DNA of 64,000 nt, taken from Eledone cirrhosa. Its lineage: Eukaryota. Below the pieces are notes generated by a model that saw only the letters and a list, made by a program, of their open reading frames with translations, had not been told where the DNA came from and did no database searches. The position numbers were made by a program, and so were the translations under genes. Shown piece by piece: positions 28,501-42,977 of this stretch. The DNA is taken from contig OZ024749.1 in the NCBI GenBank assembly GCA_964016885.1, positions 37,200,001 through 37,264,000 on the forward strand. The letters run 5' to 3'. Numbering within the stretch: the stretch's first letter is position 1; every line of letters begins with the position of its first letter.

Positions 28501-29504
28501 TACTAAATCACTTGACATCTGTAATCATTTTCAACCGCTTTTGAAAAAGACAGGATCTTACATGCAAAATATGATAATGAAAGGGTTTATATTTATCTAA
28601 AAATATTCCATCATAATTTTATGTAAGAAGCTTTGTTAAGATATGTTCCAGACACCAACATAATAAGGAGAAAGTAAATTATATTTATCAAATGAGGTCA
28701 AGACAACACCGTCCAGACTTCGGCCCTAGGAGTATTGATAAGATGCTGCTAATCCTCTCACCACCACAAGCAACAGTTATAAGTAAAGACACGATAAGAA
28801 GAAGAATTTATCAAATCCCTTCAAACTATTAGAAAATGACGTTTTTCAAATGATTTTACAAATCGTATCGTTTCAATAATGCTCAACGTGAACGATTCAA
28901 AAAGCTTCGCTAAAATAGGTACCAGTCATACACAAGGGAGTTATCCAAATATATGGATCTGTTTTCTCAAGATGTGTGGCCATGTTATACCTCGGTTAGA
29001 GTTCAGTATTTAATGGTGAAAGAATAAGTAGAATTGTCTTTTAGTCGTATCCCTTCTTCGAAATGTCATTCCCATCATGCAACACAAAGTAATGTTAACG
29101 GTATTGTATCACGTGATAACAAATCGCAGCCATGTTAATTCAAATGTCATATTTGATGTGCTTTTTGCTTTCTTTATATATTATTTTTTCCCTCTATTTT
29201 CCACTCACACTTTGTTTCATTTTCTCTCCCTTTCTCTCTCTCTCTCTATGTTTATCTATGTTTATGTATCTCATTCACACACACACTCTCTCTCTATATA
29301 TATATCTTTACCAATCTCTGATGCTTTCTCCGGTTTTTTTCTTCTGTACCGATTCATTTCTATAGAGTCTCACAGATTAGAACAATGCGTCAACAGATAT
29401 TTTAACCTGAAATAAAGGTGGCGTAGTGCAGTGCTGGGCATCAAAGAGTGTGTGTATGGGTGTGTGTGCGTGAGAGAGAGAGTGGGTGGGGAGTGACAGA
29501 CAGA

Positions 29505-29554
<50 letters not shown>

Positions 29555-29798
29555 AATAACGACACAGTAACCACATACTGTGTCACCACTAGTACCAAAC
29601 ATTATTTCATAGTACTTGGACTTACCAAGGAAAACGGAAGGAAGGAAGCAAGCGAAAACAGACACAAGTTTATTCTCCAAACAATATATAGAATGAATCA
29701 ACAATACTTTCTTCATATTTATGTCTGGGGGTTCTGGCTTATGTTTCGGTATTTACTTATGCACACACATATATATACATATATACAATATATATACA

Positions 29799-29870
<72 letters not shown>

Positions 29871-29960
29871 ATGGGGGGGGGAGGAGTATGCATATGTATA
29901 TATATGTATATATATGTATATGCAAATATATTTAGACTAATCACTCTCGCTTTATCACTT

Positions 29961-30001
<41 letters not shown>

Positions 30002-30049
30002 TATTCAGAATATTAATAAATGAAGACATTCACATAATCAAAATATATG

Positions 30050-30114
30050 TTTTATTATATATATTTCGAAGGTACTGTGCTGTTTTTTTTTCAGTACGTC
30101 CTCGTCAGATAAAA
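30050..30114 (-). ncRNA. Type I hammerhead ribozyme motif
   Basis: Minus strand reads TTTTAT-CTGACGA-GGACGTACTG..CAGTACCTTC-GAAA-TATATA-TA-ATAAAA. Confidence 0.75.
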
Positions 30115-30189
30115 TACATGAATTGATGTATGACATACCTCAACGGTCTTGATGGTTCAATTCCAGTATTGGCAGTATCATTATTGTTC

Positions 30190-30840
30190 TTCGCCCACTT
30201 ATTCCTGCGTGGGTTGTGGGGTCAGAGTCCTAAAACACTCCATCCAGCTGGTCCTGTCAGAAGCAACTCCCGCCAACTGATCCGGCTGAATCCCTAAGCG
30301 TGATCAGCCAAGCTCGTGGATGTTATCTAACCACCTTTCTACCAATCCACCACCAGGGCGGTGGATTGGCAGTATCGGTAGAGGGTCGGACGCCATGCTT
30401 TCCAGCATAGTTACGTCCCTTTACGATCTGAGTTCAAATCCCGCCGAGGTTGACTTTGCCTTTCATCCTTACGGGGTCGATAAAATAATGTACCAGTAAT
30501 GCACTGGGTAATTGCTGGCCTTGTGCCTAAAGTAGAAACAGTTATCTAACCACCTTTCGGGCGGTGAATTGGCAGTATCGGTAGAGGGTTGGACGCCATG
30601 CTTTCTAGCATAGTTACGTCCCTTTACAGTCTGAGTTCAAATCCGGCCGAGGTTAACTTTGCCTTTCATCCTTACGGGGTCGATGAAATAAAGTACCAGT
30701 AATGTACTGGGTAATTTGCTGGCCTTGTGCCTAAAGTAGAAACAGTTATCTAACCCCCTTTCTCGGAGTCTACCCTTGGGTCTCCTACCTGTTGGTTTCG
30801 CCCGTAAAATCTCTCCGACGATGTATTCCTCAGACACAAC
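30190..30840 (-). pseudogene. RTE-type LINE C-terminal fragment split by two SINEs
   Basis: ILRAKPTGRRPKGRLRER.LDN continues across the insertion as IHELG..LGI...VASDRTSW. Confidence 0.7.
30357..30744 (+). mobile_element. Two tandem Nin/Deu-like SINEs with a triplicated 18-bp target site
   Basis: GTTATCTAACCACCTTTC at 30322, 30541 and 30745 (last copy has 1 mismatch). Confidence 0.9.
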
Positions 30841-31202
30841 CCTACACTTGGTTTAAATGTACCAAAAGATCTTTCTAACACTGATTATTACTCACTTCAC
30901 AACTTTACACAGTTATAACAAAATTATCACTAACAGTCATGTTAAGATTAGCTACAGCTGTACTGAGAATCTAAGTTTATAAATCTCTAACCGTAACTTC
31001 AAATCAATAAACACCACACATACAAACCAACCTGAATATAATAGTAGAGACACGACTATATGTACAGAAGAGAAGAATAAGAAAGAGGAGAGATCGGGGG
31101 AGAAAGAGGTGGGGAGATAATTAGGAAAAGTGTAATTTATACAGAGATCTAGGCAGCATAAAGGAATATTAGAGGAGAGGGCCTTGTGCCTAAAGTAGAA
31201 AC

Positions 31203-31268
<66 letters not shown>

Positions 31269-31317
31269 CTCTCTCTCTCCCTCTCTCTCTCTATATATAT
31301 ATATATAATATATGTAT

Positions 31318-31366
<49 letters not shown>

Positions 31367-31972
31367 AGGAAAGAGAGAGAGAGAGAAAGTCTGGTGGAAT
31401 ATGCAGTATGGGAGTTTTGAGTTGTCAAATGAATTGATGACTTTCCACCAATTAACCTCCGTTAAATATAACAGAGTCTAATTGAGGTGACTTTATGCTT
31501 GTCCGTCTGTCTGTCTGTCCCTTTCCCTCTCATTTTCCCTCTTCCTCTCTCACTCACTCTCTCTCTGTTGTTGTAAGGAAAGAAAACTGGACGGTAATCA
31601 CCGTTTAATTCGGGTGCAAAGCAATAAGTGCAGTGGTGCTGTAATTAGAACCTGTGTCACTAAGGTTGATTAGTTTTGATCTGTAATAGCTATAGTGCTG
31701 GGTGGGTATGTATGTATGTATGTATGTATGTATGTATGTATGTATGTATGTATGTATGTATGTATGTATGTATGTATGTATGTATGTATGTGTGTATGTA
31801 TATATATATATATATATTATCTATATGTATGTATGTATATATGAATGCATAAATGCATGTATATATAAATTTATGTATGTATATGCATGCATATATATAT
31901 ATATATATATATGCATTTATGTATGTATGTATATATGTGTTTATGTACGTATATATATATATATATACTATA

Positions 31973-32027
<55 letters not shown>

Positions 32028-32251
32028 GTATATGTACGTATGTATGTATGAATATGCATAAATGCATGTATATATAAATTTGTGTATGTATATGCATGCA
32101 TATATATATATATATATATATGCATTTATGTATGTATGTATATATGTGTTTATGTACGTATATATATATATATATACTATATATATATATATATATATGC
32201 ATTTATGTATGTATATATGTGTTTATGAACGTATATATATATATATATATA

Positions 32252-32296
<45 letters not shown>

Positions 32297-32342
32297 GGTA
32301 GGTAGGTAGATAGGAGGGCAGGTACATATGTATGTAGGTAGG

Positions 32343-33083
32343 TACCACTACCACCACCAACACTACCACTACCACCACCAACACTACCACTACCACCACC
32401 ACCACCACCAACACTACCACTACCACCACCAACACTACCTCCCACCAACACTACCATCACCACCACCAATACTACCACAACCACCACCAACACTACCACA
32501 ACCACCACCACCACCAACAGTACCACCACCGACACCACCACCACCAACACTACCACTACCACTACCACTACCAACACTACCACCATCAACACCACCACTA
32601 CCACCGCCAACACTACCACCACCACCACCACCACCAATACTACCACAACCCCCACCAACACTACCACCACCAACACTACCACTACCACCACCAACACTAC
32701 CACCACCAACACCACCACTACCAATACTACCACTACCACCACCACCAACACTACCATCACCAACACCACCACTACCACCACCAACACTACCACCACCACC
32801 ACCACCAACACTACCATCACCAACACCACCACTACCACCACCAACACTACGACTACCACCACCAACACCAACACCACCACTACCACCACCAACACTACCA
32901 CCACCACCACCACCAATACTACCACTACCAACACCAACACCACCACCACCACCACCACCACTACCATCACCAACACCACCACTACCACCACCAACACTAC
33001 CACTACCACCACCACCAACACTACAACTACCACCACCAACACTACCACCACTACCACAACTAGCACTACCACTACCACCACCA
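32343..33083. repeat. Complex (CAC/TAC/AAC)n array
   Basis: Directly visible. Confidence 0.95.
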
Positions 33084-33344
33084 AAGGTATATAGCTAGGT
33101 AGATATGTATATAGGTAAGTAGGCAGCTAGCTGGGGTTGTACGTTGGCAGATTGATAGAAATGTAGCTAGACAAACAGACTGGTAGTTGTGGAGGTCGGT
33201 AGGAAGGTAAGGTAGAAAAGTAGGTAGGGATGTAGGTGGATAGATAGATATGTTTTTTTATTAGCCACAGGGGCACAAAAGAAGGGGACAAATACAAAGG
33301 GGGAAATTTACATACAATAAAAACGTGTAAAATGTTATCACAAA

Positions 33345-33377
<33 letters not shown>

Positions 33378-33519
33378 AAGATAGATATATAGATATATTT
33401 CTTTATTAGCCACAGGGGCACAAAAGAAGGGGACAAATACAAAGGGGGAAGTTTACATACAATAAAAACGTGTAAAATGTTATCACAGATATATAGATAG
33501 ATAGATAGATAGATAGATA

Positions 33520-36500
33520 ATTTTCTTTTTATTTGCCACCAGGGCATCAAAAAGTGGGACAAGTACAATGGGGGAAGTTTACATAACAAGGCGTCCTCAA
33601 TAAGGAGGAGGCAATAACAAAATATAAAAATAAAATAAAATATAACAAAATAAATTTTATAACAAAATCCTCAATAGGGAGGAGGCGCATTGTGGGGTCG
33701 CACACACCCCCGAAAAAAAGTGTGCAACCCTTCTCCTCAGGAGCACAGAGAGGGGGTGCTCCCTTGATCTTTCATCTTCCTCACCTATAGTCTTATGTAG
33801 AGTGAAGGCCCATTCACACGGGCCATTCTCGCCACTTTCACCCATCTTTCATAGAAACGGCTGGGGTGGAACACCTCTCTCTCCATCCTGATCCTTCTTC
33901 CGAAATGATATCGGAAGAAACGGACCAGTTGTTGGCCAGAGAGAAAGGTGCCTGACCTCAGTCCTTTCAGACGCGTCCACCATACAACCTCTTTCACCAT
34001 GGCTATTACGCACAGAAACACCGCCTCTCCTTCATTTTTGAAGGGGGGGGGGGGCGGCTTGATCATTACAATAGACTCGGTGGTCAACCGGATCGGACCC
34101 ACCCTTGACAACAGTTGTTCGACATAGCCCCACAGATCGGCTACGCCCGAGCAGTGTACCAATGCGTGTGCAACGGTTTCCTCGTCGCACACGCATCTGG
34201 GACAGAACTTTTTGGCGGGGTCCCTACCCGGGCGCCCGTGTCTGTAGAGCTTTTCTCGAACGGGTAGAGCCCCTCGGTAGCACTGCCAGGCCAGGGACTT
34301 CTGGAAGTTGTCCATAGGTCCCAAGCTGAATGTCCTACCGAACAGGCTGGCCAGTTCGTCCTCCTCCATGTCTAGGGCTTCTCCGTGGGGCGTCGTCGCA
34401 CCTGCTGCGTACCAGCCCTCTATAGAATGTTGCGGTGGAGTCTCCACTGATAACCGGATCCGCCTGCCAGAGGGCGGTGAGCGCCTGGGCATACTCAGTG
34501 TGCCAGGCGCCCAGTTTTCTCGGTCTTTGCTTGACCCAGGATTGCAGCTCGGTGAGTGAGACGAGTCTGGGAAAGGTTCGTCTCACAAACGAGGCCCACA
34601 CCGGTTGACCGGTGAGAAATACGTGGAGGTGCCGTAGCCTTAATGCGTGTTTACGCATCATTAGCCACGGCATCCCCAGCCCTCCTTTCGAAGGGTGTTG
34701 ACAGCAGATGGATCTCCTCACTATAGGAGCCCGCTTCTTCCAAAGGAATTGGAAGAGTGCGCGCTCCATTTTAGCGAGCGTTTCCCTTGAGCAAGGCACA
34801 ACGGTCAGGCGGTAGTAGATGACGGACGCTATATAAGTGTTCGCCACCTCCGCCCGACCTTTCAGGGATAGTTTGCAACTGGCCCACTTCTAGGTCAGTG
34901 CAAACACCCTGTTCGTTACCTCACCCCAGTTCTTCTCCACCTGGAGGTCTGGTCCGAACCAGACCCCGAGCAACTTCACCGGGCCCTCCATCCAGCGCCC
35001 GACGACGCCATCGGAGGGCATCGATCTTCCCCCCCCCCACGTGCCGAGTTGCAGACCGAGCGACTTGTCCCGGTTTAGCTTAGCCCCTGTAAACCTTTCG
35101 TACTCCTCCAGTAAGGTGCCGATCGCCCCGATTTCCGAGGCCGTCGACACCATTACTGTTACGTCGTCGGCGTAGGCCGACACCGCTTTCCGCAATCCTG
35201 GTTCCAACGGGATGCCCTGCAACAACTCCAACTTCCGTAGCAGTGGCTCTAGAGTCATTACATACAGAAGGGAGGAGAGAGGGCACCCTTGTCGGATGGA
35301 CCGCGCGAATTCGAACGGCTCCGAGAAGTAGCCGTTCACCTTGACCCTAGAGCAGATGCCGCTGCTGTGCATGGCATTGATCCAGCCCTTGAAAACGGGT
35401 CCGAAGGCTGCCGCCGCTAGCACCGCATCCAGGTAACCATGGTCGACCCTATCGAATGCCTTAGATTGATCCAAATTGATCAGGGCTCCGCCAAAGCCGG
35501 GTTCGTTCCCAACCCTCTCTATGATGTATCGCATGAGGTGGAGGTTGCCGTGGATGGACCTGGACGGGATAGCACATGTCTGCGCATCTCCCACCAGGTT
35601 GCCACGACAAGCGCCAACCTCTTTGCTAGCACCTTGGCCAAAATCTGTAACTCTGTATTTAGCAGAGTTATGGGCCTGAAATTATTTATATCGTCCCCCT
35701 TGTTCTCGTCCTTCCTCACTAGCGTGACTACACCCTTGGTCACAGCACAGGGAATTCTCCCGTTCTGTTGCCAGTTGCAGTAGACCGCCTCGAGGAGATC
35801 GGGGAACAAGTCCGGCATAGCTAGATATAGTTCGTATGGAAGACCATCGAGACCCGGGGATTTGCGTTTGCCGCATTGGCTCAGCACGTCCTCTATCTCA
35901 GCGGCTGAAATGGGCTCCTCGCAGGACTTCGCTTCCCTGTCCTAGAGACGCGGCAGGCCGTCGAGGTATGGACCGAAGTCCACTTCCCCAACCGGCTCCC
36001 CGCCCCTTCCGAACAATCTGGCAAAGTGCTTTTGAAAAGCCTCGCACATCTGCTTAGGCTCAAGGATCACCCGTTCATCCTGGTCTCGCAAAGACCGGAT
36101 AGTGGATCTACTCCCTCTTTTGGCTTCTGTCACGCGGGCCCAGCTAACAGCTTTGGTCCCCTCGTTTCCCAGAGCACGTATTTTGCTTCGGACGATGCAG
36201 CCTTCGTGTTTCGCGTCGAAGAACTGGCCAAGAGCCGTTCGCGACGCTAGCACACTGGCCACGTCGCCGCTTCTAATTGCCTCTTCTACACTATCTACCA
36301 ACTCCCTTTCCTTCCTATTTCTATTTGAGGCTAACTCCTTACTAAATTCTATAGAGACTACTCTAATCTCTCTTTTGAGAGATCCGCACCACCTGCTGTT
36401 GACGATGGCGCCCGTCAACCGCTCCTTAACTAAAGTGCTAATCCGGTCCCTGTAAAGCTTACTTGCCGGTAAGGACAAGTTGAGCTTCCAGTAACCAGGT

Positions 36501-36935
36501 CCCTGTCTATGCGTTCTGTCAAGGTTGACCATGCAGCTCACTAACTTGTGGTCTGAATAGCCAACCATGCGCATTTTTGGACAACTTAAAAAGTCCTTAT
36601 CCTTAATTCTAACTAAGAACCTATCTAGGTACGACCTAGATGATCCGCTACGATTTGCCCAAGTCCAGGTTGGCGCAGTCGGAAAATCTAGTCGATATCT
36701 ATCGGCCAGGTGAAATCGACCGATTAACCCTTTGAGGCTATTACACCCCTCTCTATCGGGACAGGCGCCTACGTAGTCCCAGCGTGCATCTAGGATACCA
36801 TTCCAGTCCTCCACTAATAGCAAGGAGCGAGACGTCCCTAGAAAAGTCTCCAGACGATGGAAGAAGTCCGGCCGCATTGACCCGAAAGGGCCGTAGACGG
36901 CTACCAACCTAAACGCTCCGCCTTCACCAACCTAA
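33520..36935 (-). mobile_element. 5'-truncated Tx1/L1-clade LINE: APE endonuclease, RT and C-terminal zinc finger, broken by frameshifts and stops
   Basis: EN motifs AVYGP, DWN, SYLDR, SDH; RT motifs SPGLDG, FRPITLLN, DQSKAFDRV, RQGCPLS, YADD; zinc finger CPRC..ETVAHALVHC. 3' UTR with AATAAA, and (ATAG)n on both flanks. Confidence 0.93.
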
Positions 36936-37060
36936 ATAGATAGATAGATAGATGGGTAAATAGATAGCTTTCTTTATTTGATACTAGGGGGCACAAGAAA
37001 TGAGACATTACAAGACATGGGACGTCTGGTGTTTTACATATATAGATAGATAGGTATATA

Positions 37061-37228
<168 letters not shown>

Positions 37229-37232
37229 TATA

Positions 37233-37365
37233 TGCTGGGAACAGCAAGAACCCTCCGATACGTCCTGAATATCTGAGGCTGCAGGTAGTGGCTTGATATT
37301 CATTTCAACAAACTTTCCAGTTAACTAACATCAATGACTGAGACTCAAAGAACAATAATAATAAT
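37233..37365 (+). mobile_element. Dong/R4 LINE 3' end
   Basis: [13 protein letters not shown] plus a UTR matching 54270-54385, ending in (TAA)n. Confidence 0.8.
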
Positions 37366-37712
37366 GATAATAAATGATGGATTGTCTCACCATGCAACAC
37401 ATTCATTCGTCTTCATTAACCATTATCATGTTCTGCTGATAGGTACAATAACAACAAATGTAATAACTATATTGATGGTAATGATGATGGTCGTGATGGC
37501 GATGGTTGTGTGATGAGGGTTGTGATGATGAGGATTGTAATACGGATGGTAGTGGTGATGATGTTGATGTGGAAGAAGAAAAAGAAAAAGAAAAAGAAAA
37601 AGAAAAAGAAAAAGAAAAAGAAAAAGAAAAAGAAAAAGAAAAAGAAGAAGGAGTAGAAGAAGAAAAAGAAGCAGAAGAAGAAAAAGAAGCAGAAGAAGAA
37701 AAAGAAGATAAC

Positions 37713-37746
<34 letters not shown>

Positions 37747-37747
37747 G

Positions 37748-37806
<59 letters not shown>

Positions 37807-38601
37807 GTTTCTTTATTGGCCACAAGGGCTAACATGAAGAAAAACATTAGAGACGGCACAGAACAGTACAGGACGATAGAAATAATAATAATGAGAAGAA
37901 GAAGAAGAAGAAGAAGAAGAAGAAGAAGAAGAAGAAGAAGAAGAAGAAGAAGAAGAAGAAGATTTAATGTTGATTAGGATATGAGTTATTACAGCCACCA
38001 CCTCACAACAAAGAATGCACAATTTATAAATAGCAACCCATCCACCCACAAACCAAACCCTAAGTTCTTAAATAAATAAAGACACATTAGATTACGTAGC
38101 TTCAGATTAAAACAAAAGAGGGTCTGACCACGGACGGAGCGCTTTTGGTCGTGGATAGTCATCATCAGGATTGATCAGGTGCTTAAAAAAAAACATCAAG
38201 AACTAAATCACTTAATCTAGATTTCACAATATACTTTGAGACTGACCTCCTCAGTTAAATCGGAATCACAGCAGCTTGTTTGATAAAGGAGTCCCACCAG
38301 GTGGTGTTGGGGAGGCCGTTGCAGCGGATGTCTCTGGTCATTGTCCGTGGAGATGCTTTTGCCATTTTGTCCGCAGGGCGGGGGCGACCCCCATATCCGA
38401 CTTTGGCGTAGAGAGAGTCACCCTCTCCCCTTCCTCCTTTATTTCTTTTGCCACTTATTAATCTTTGCTCTTTCTCTCCCTCTTCTTTCATTTATAGCAT
38501 TTATAGTTCTTTCCTATATTATTTCCTTATCCATATGTTTGACTAAATATTAAACTCTTTATTATTTTTATTTAAATTTATCTTAGGGATATATTTGAGT
38601 A

Positions 38602-38724
38602 CAGTGGAACCTCTGTTAACGAACTTAATTCGTTCCTGAAGATTGTTCCTCACACGAAACGTTCGTAAACCTAAACTATTTTCCCTACGGAATGTTGAGA
38701 GGGAAATAGAGTGAGAGAGAGAGA

Positions 38725-38782
<58 letters not shown>

Positions 38783-38998
38783 CTGTGTGTGAAAGACAGA
38801 TATATATCCCCATAGTAGCTGGCTACAAAGGAAGTGATGCTTTCCCACCGATACTCCAAGTGTGTTGCCAAACGTTGTTGCTTGCTTGCGCGTTCGTTAC
38901 TCAAGACAATGTTTATGAAGCGAGACATTTTACGTACAGAAAAATTATTCATAAGTCATTTGTTTGATTAGAGGAGTTCGTGAACCGAGGCTACACTG
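38602..38998. mobile_element. pogo/Tigger-like MITE
   Basis: TA TSDs; TIRs CAGTGGAACCTCTGTTAACGAACT and reverse-complement CAGTGTAGCCTCGGTTCACGAACT. Confidence 0.8.
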
Positions 38999-39167
38999 TA
39001 TTAGAAATAAAATGATTTTTCTAATAAATAAATACATTTAAAAAAAAGGGAAAAAGACAAATTGGTCACGTTTTTGACACTATTGAACATCATATAGTTA
39101 ATCACTGATCCCCGACCAAATGTTAGAGGACACCAATAACAACAAAAACACCAACAAAAATACCAGT

Positions 39168-39350
39168 TAATTGTTTCTACTTTTGGCACAAGGCCAGCAA
39201 TTATTCAGTACATTACTGGTACATTATTTTATCGACCCCGTAAGGATGAAAGGCAAAGTTAACCTCGGCGGGATTTGAACTCAGACTGGCAAGGGCCGTA
39301 ACTCTAGCCATTCTAAGTTCAAATCCCGCCGAGGTTAACTTTGCCTTTAA
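39168..39350 (-). mobile_element. Nin/Deu-like SINE with an inverted partial copy at its 5' end
   Basis: 39168-39305 on the minus strand, then 39308-39348 repeats the B box and core on the plus strand. Confidence 0.75.
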
Positions 39351-39547
39351 CATCAATAAAAATACCAGTTAACTAATACATTATTTGTGAAACATCGATA
39401 AAAGCCTGGAAGAAACATAAAATCAAAAATGAAAGCAATATTTTTTCTTTCGGTTACATTTGAAAAATCATCTAAAGCTTAGTAAACAAGTCTGGAGAGG
39501 AGAAAATGAAAGATAATGATGAAGTTAATAATAATAATAATAATAAT

Positions 39548-40607
39548 TGTTTCTTTATTGGCCACAAGGGGTGACATCAAGAAAAACATTACAGACGGCA
39601 CAGGATGGTACAGGACGGTACGATGTGGGTTTTGTGCGATGTGGGTTTTTATTATTTATATAAGAAAGGAAAAAGAAAAAAAGACATAGAAACATATATA
39701 TATATAAACAATAAAAATGAAAATTCAAAAAATGAAAAATTCCCCAATAGGGGGGAAACCTCCGAGAGTTACTCGTGGCGAAAACCACACAAAAGACCAC
39801 GGCCACCCCGACCACCAGGGCAAGCACGCTCTCTCAATTTTTCCATTCCTCAAACTACAAGCATATATTCAGAGCGGTCCCGTTCACTCGGACCATTCTC
39901 GCTACATTCACCCACCTTTCAACAAACTTGCTAGAAGGCAGAACTTGCTTCTCCACCCTGATTTTCATGCTCAAGTGAAACTTGAAAAGCTTAATCAGGG
40001 ATTCGCCGAAGAGGAAAGTGTCTGTCTTTAACCCTTTCAACCTTGTCCACCACACAATCTCTTTCGCCATGGCCACCAGGCAGATGAAAACCGCTTGCCC
40101 TTCCTCCTCGAAGGAAGACGGCGAAACCATCTGCACAATGGACTCAGTTGATAACCGGATCGGTCCTACACGCGACAGCAACTGTTCGACATAGCTCCAC
40201 AAGTCAGCAATGCCCGGGCACTGAACGAGTGCCTGCACGACGCTTTCGTCGCTCTGCGCGCATCTCGGACAGGCACGGCTGACGGCACTTCCGTGCCTGT
40301 AGAGCTTATCTCGAACCGGCAACGCTCCCCGGTAGCACTGCCAGGCCAGGGATTTCTGGAAGTTATCCATAGGCCCCGGGCTGAAAGTTCTCCGGAAGAG
40401 AGCAAACAGCTGATCTTCTTCGACGGCCAGGATCTCTCCGAGAACGTCGTCGCTCTTCCCTTCCACTGATCCTCTATAGAACGCCGAGGTGGATGTTCCA
40501 CCGATACTGGTGCCCAGCTGGCAGAGGGCGGTGAGCACCTGGAGATATTTGAGTTTCCAAGCGCTATCCCTCGATCTTTTCCCGACCCAGGACTGCAGCT
40601 CCGTCAA
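39548..40607 (-). mobile_element. Tx1-like LINE 3' fragment (zinc-finger domain plus 3' UTR)
   Basis: Open frame LTELQSWV...MDNFQKSLAWQCYRGALPVR...CPRC, homologous to 33785-34560, with (AAT)n on both flanks. Confidence 0.9.
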
Positions 40608-40636
40608 GGAGAATAATAATAATAACAATGATGATC

Positions 40637-40686
<50 letters not shown>

Positions 40687-40862
40687 AGTAAAAATAATAA
40701 CTATTATTAATAATTTTTATTTCATTTCTATGTACAATTATAAATGCATTTCCGTGGGTGTGAGTGGGCGAATGTATGTGTGTGCGTGTCAAAGCGTAGA
40801 GAATGTGTTTGCAAAATTTCACAATCAGATAACATAAGAAAATAGATTGACAAAACACACAT

Positions 40863-40893
<31 letters not shown>

Positions 40894-41005
40894 CATACAT
40901 ACATTAATATATCACTGATTGATATAGAATATCCTATGTGTTATCCCATGGGTTTCACATGAAACGGACGATAATAAACGTCAAGGAAATTATGATGAAT
41001 GAACG

Positions 41006-41073
<68 letters not shown>

Positions 41074-41099
41074 CTGCATATGCATACATACATATATAC

Positions 41100-41164
<65 letters not shown>

Positions 41165-42307
41165 AGGATATATGTTTACACACACTTATATCTATACATA
41201 TATATATATATATATACACACACACAAACATATATGTATATATATATATATGTCTATGAATACACTCTCATATATGTATATATATATATATATATGTGTC
41301 TGTGTGTGTGTGTATGTGTGTGTGTGTACTGATGTATTGATATTGATATGACAGTGTGATACATTAAAAATGACTGATAGCACACCTGTGAAACATTTGA
41401 ATATTTAATAACCAATAGCAACAACAACAATAAAACAATGAAATTGTTTTATTCGTCATAAGAGAAATATATAAAGAAAAACATGAAATCATACAAGTAT
41501 ATTTGTGAAGTCATTTATTTTGAGTGGCGTATGATTATGAAATATAATTGTATATTTGTATGTATATCTCTTTCTCTTAATTTCGAGTATATTTTTTTGA
41601 CAGGCCACCTTCCTGGTGGCAAGGCTGTATGTATGTACATAGATATGTATGTATATAGATATGTATATATATATATAAAGATATGTATATATATAGATAA
41701 AGGGCAAAGGAGCTCTTAAGAGTCAATGGCCATCCAAAATCACCGGGAGAGATGACCCCTTAGCCTTTGTCAAGGCAGAATTCTAGGAGAAGGAAAAGTC
41801 TGATATAACACCTGCAACCCTGATGGTATCCAATGATGTTGACTTGTTCTTCTTTGTGGTAAATATCATCTTGGTTAAGAGAGTGGGACTGGCTTTGTGC
41901 AGTGCCTTTGCTCACTATAAAAGCTTCACGGCACAGGCATTGCTTTATATCTGGAGATCTCTCTGCACTTGTCATCACATGGTACCATGGGCCCAGCACT
42001 ATGTGTCAATAATTGTCACAGGTATAGTGTTAGTAGCAGAGTTTTCAAGTCACTGGCTGGACTAAAAAGTCACACTTGTTCAGCGCATCGGTAGGGGTTC
42101 TCCTACATGGATATAAAGTAGTGGCCATACTCGAAAACGAGTTGGCAGCCACCATGTATATATATATATACATGTATATATATATATATATGTATATATG
42201 TATATATATATATATGTATATATATATGTATATATATATATAATATATGTATGTATGTATGTATATATATATGTATATATATATGTAATTGATTGTATAT
42301 ATGTATG

Positions 42308-42338
<31 letters not shown>

Positions 42339-42389
42339 GTATGTATATATATATATGTATGTATATATGTATGTATATGTATATATGTA

Positions 42390-42448
<59 letters not shown>

Positions 42449-42671
42449 ACATATATGTATGTATGTATATATATATATATATGTATGTATGTACATATAT
42501 ATAAATGTATATATATATGTATATATATGTATATATATATGTATGTATATATATATATGTATGTATGTATGTATATATATATATATGTATATACATGTAT
42601 ATATATATATGTATGTATATATATATATATGTATGTATAAATATATGTATATATATATGTATGTATATATG

Positions 42672-42702
<31 letters not shown>

Positions 42703-42977
42703 GTATGTATATATATGTATATATATATGTATGTGTATCTATGTATATATATATGTATATATGTATGTATATATATATGTATATATATATGTATGTATAT
42801 ATATATGTATATATATATGTATGTATATATGTATATATATATGTATGTATATATATGTATATATATATGTATGTGTATATATGTATATATATATGTATAT
42901 ATGTATGTATGTGTATATATGTATATATATATGTATATATATATGTATATATACATATATATACACATATATACACA

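Noticed and set aside
32254-33098. Extensin-like Pro-rich or Val-rich ORFs
   Set aside because: Pure trinucleotide array with no splice or domain context.
38630-38672. CTGAAGA...GAAACGTT HHR-like string
   Set aside because: No stem I, and it lies inside the Tigger-like MITE.
41720-42060. Possible Ty3/gypsy RT remnant on the minus strand (LNQD..VNIIGY)
   Set aside because: Too degenerate to call without an alignment.
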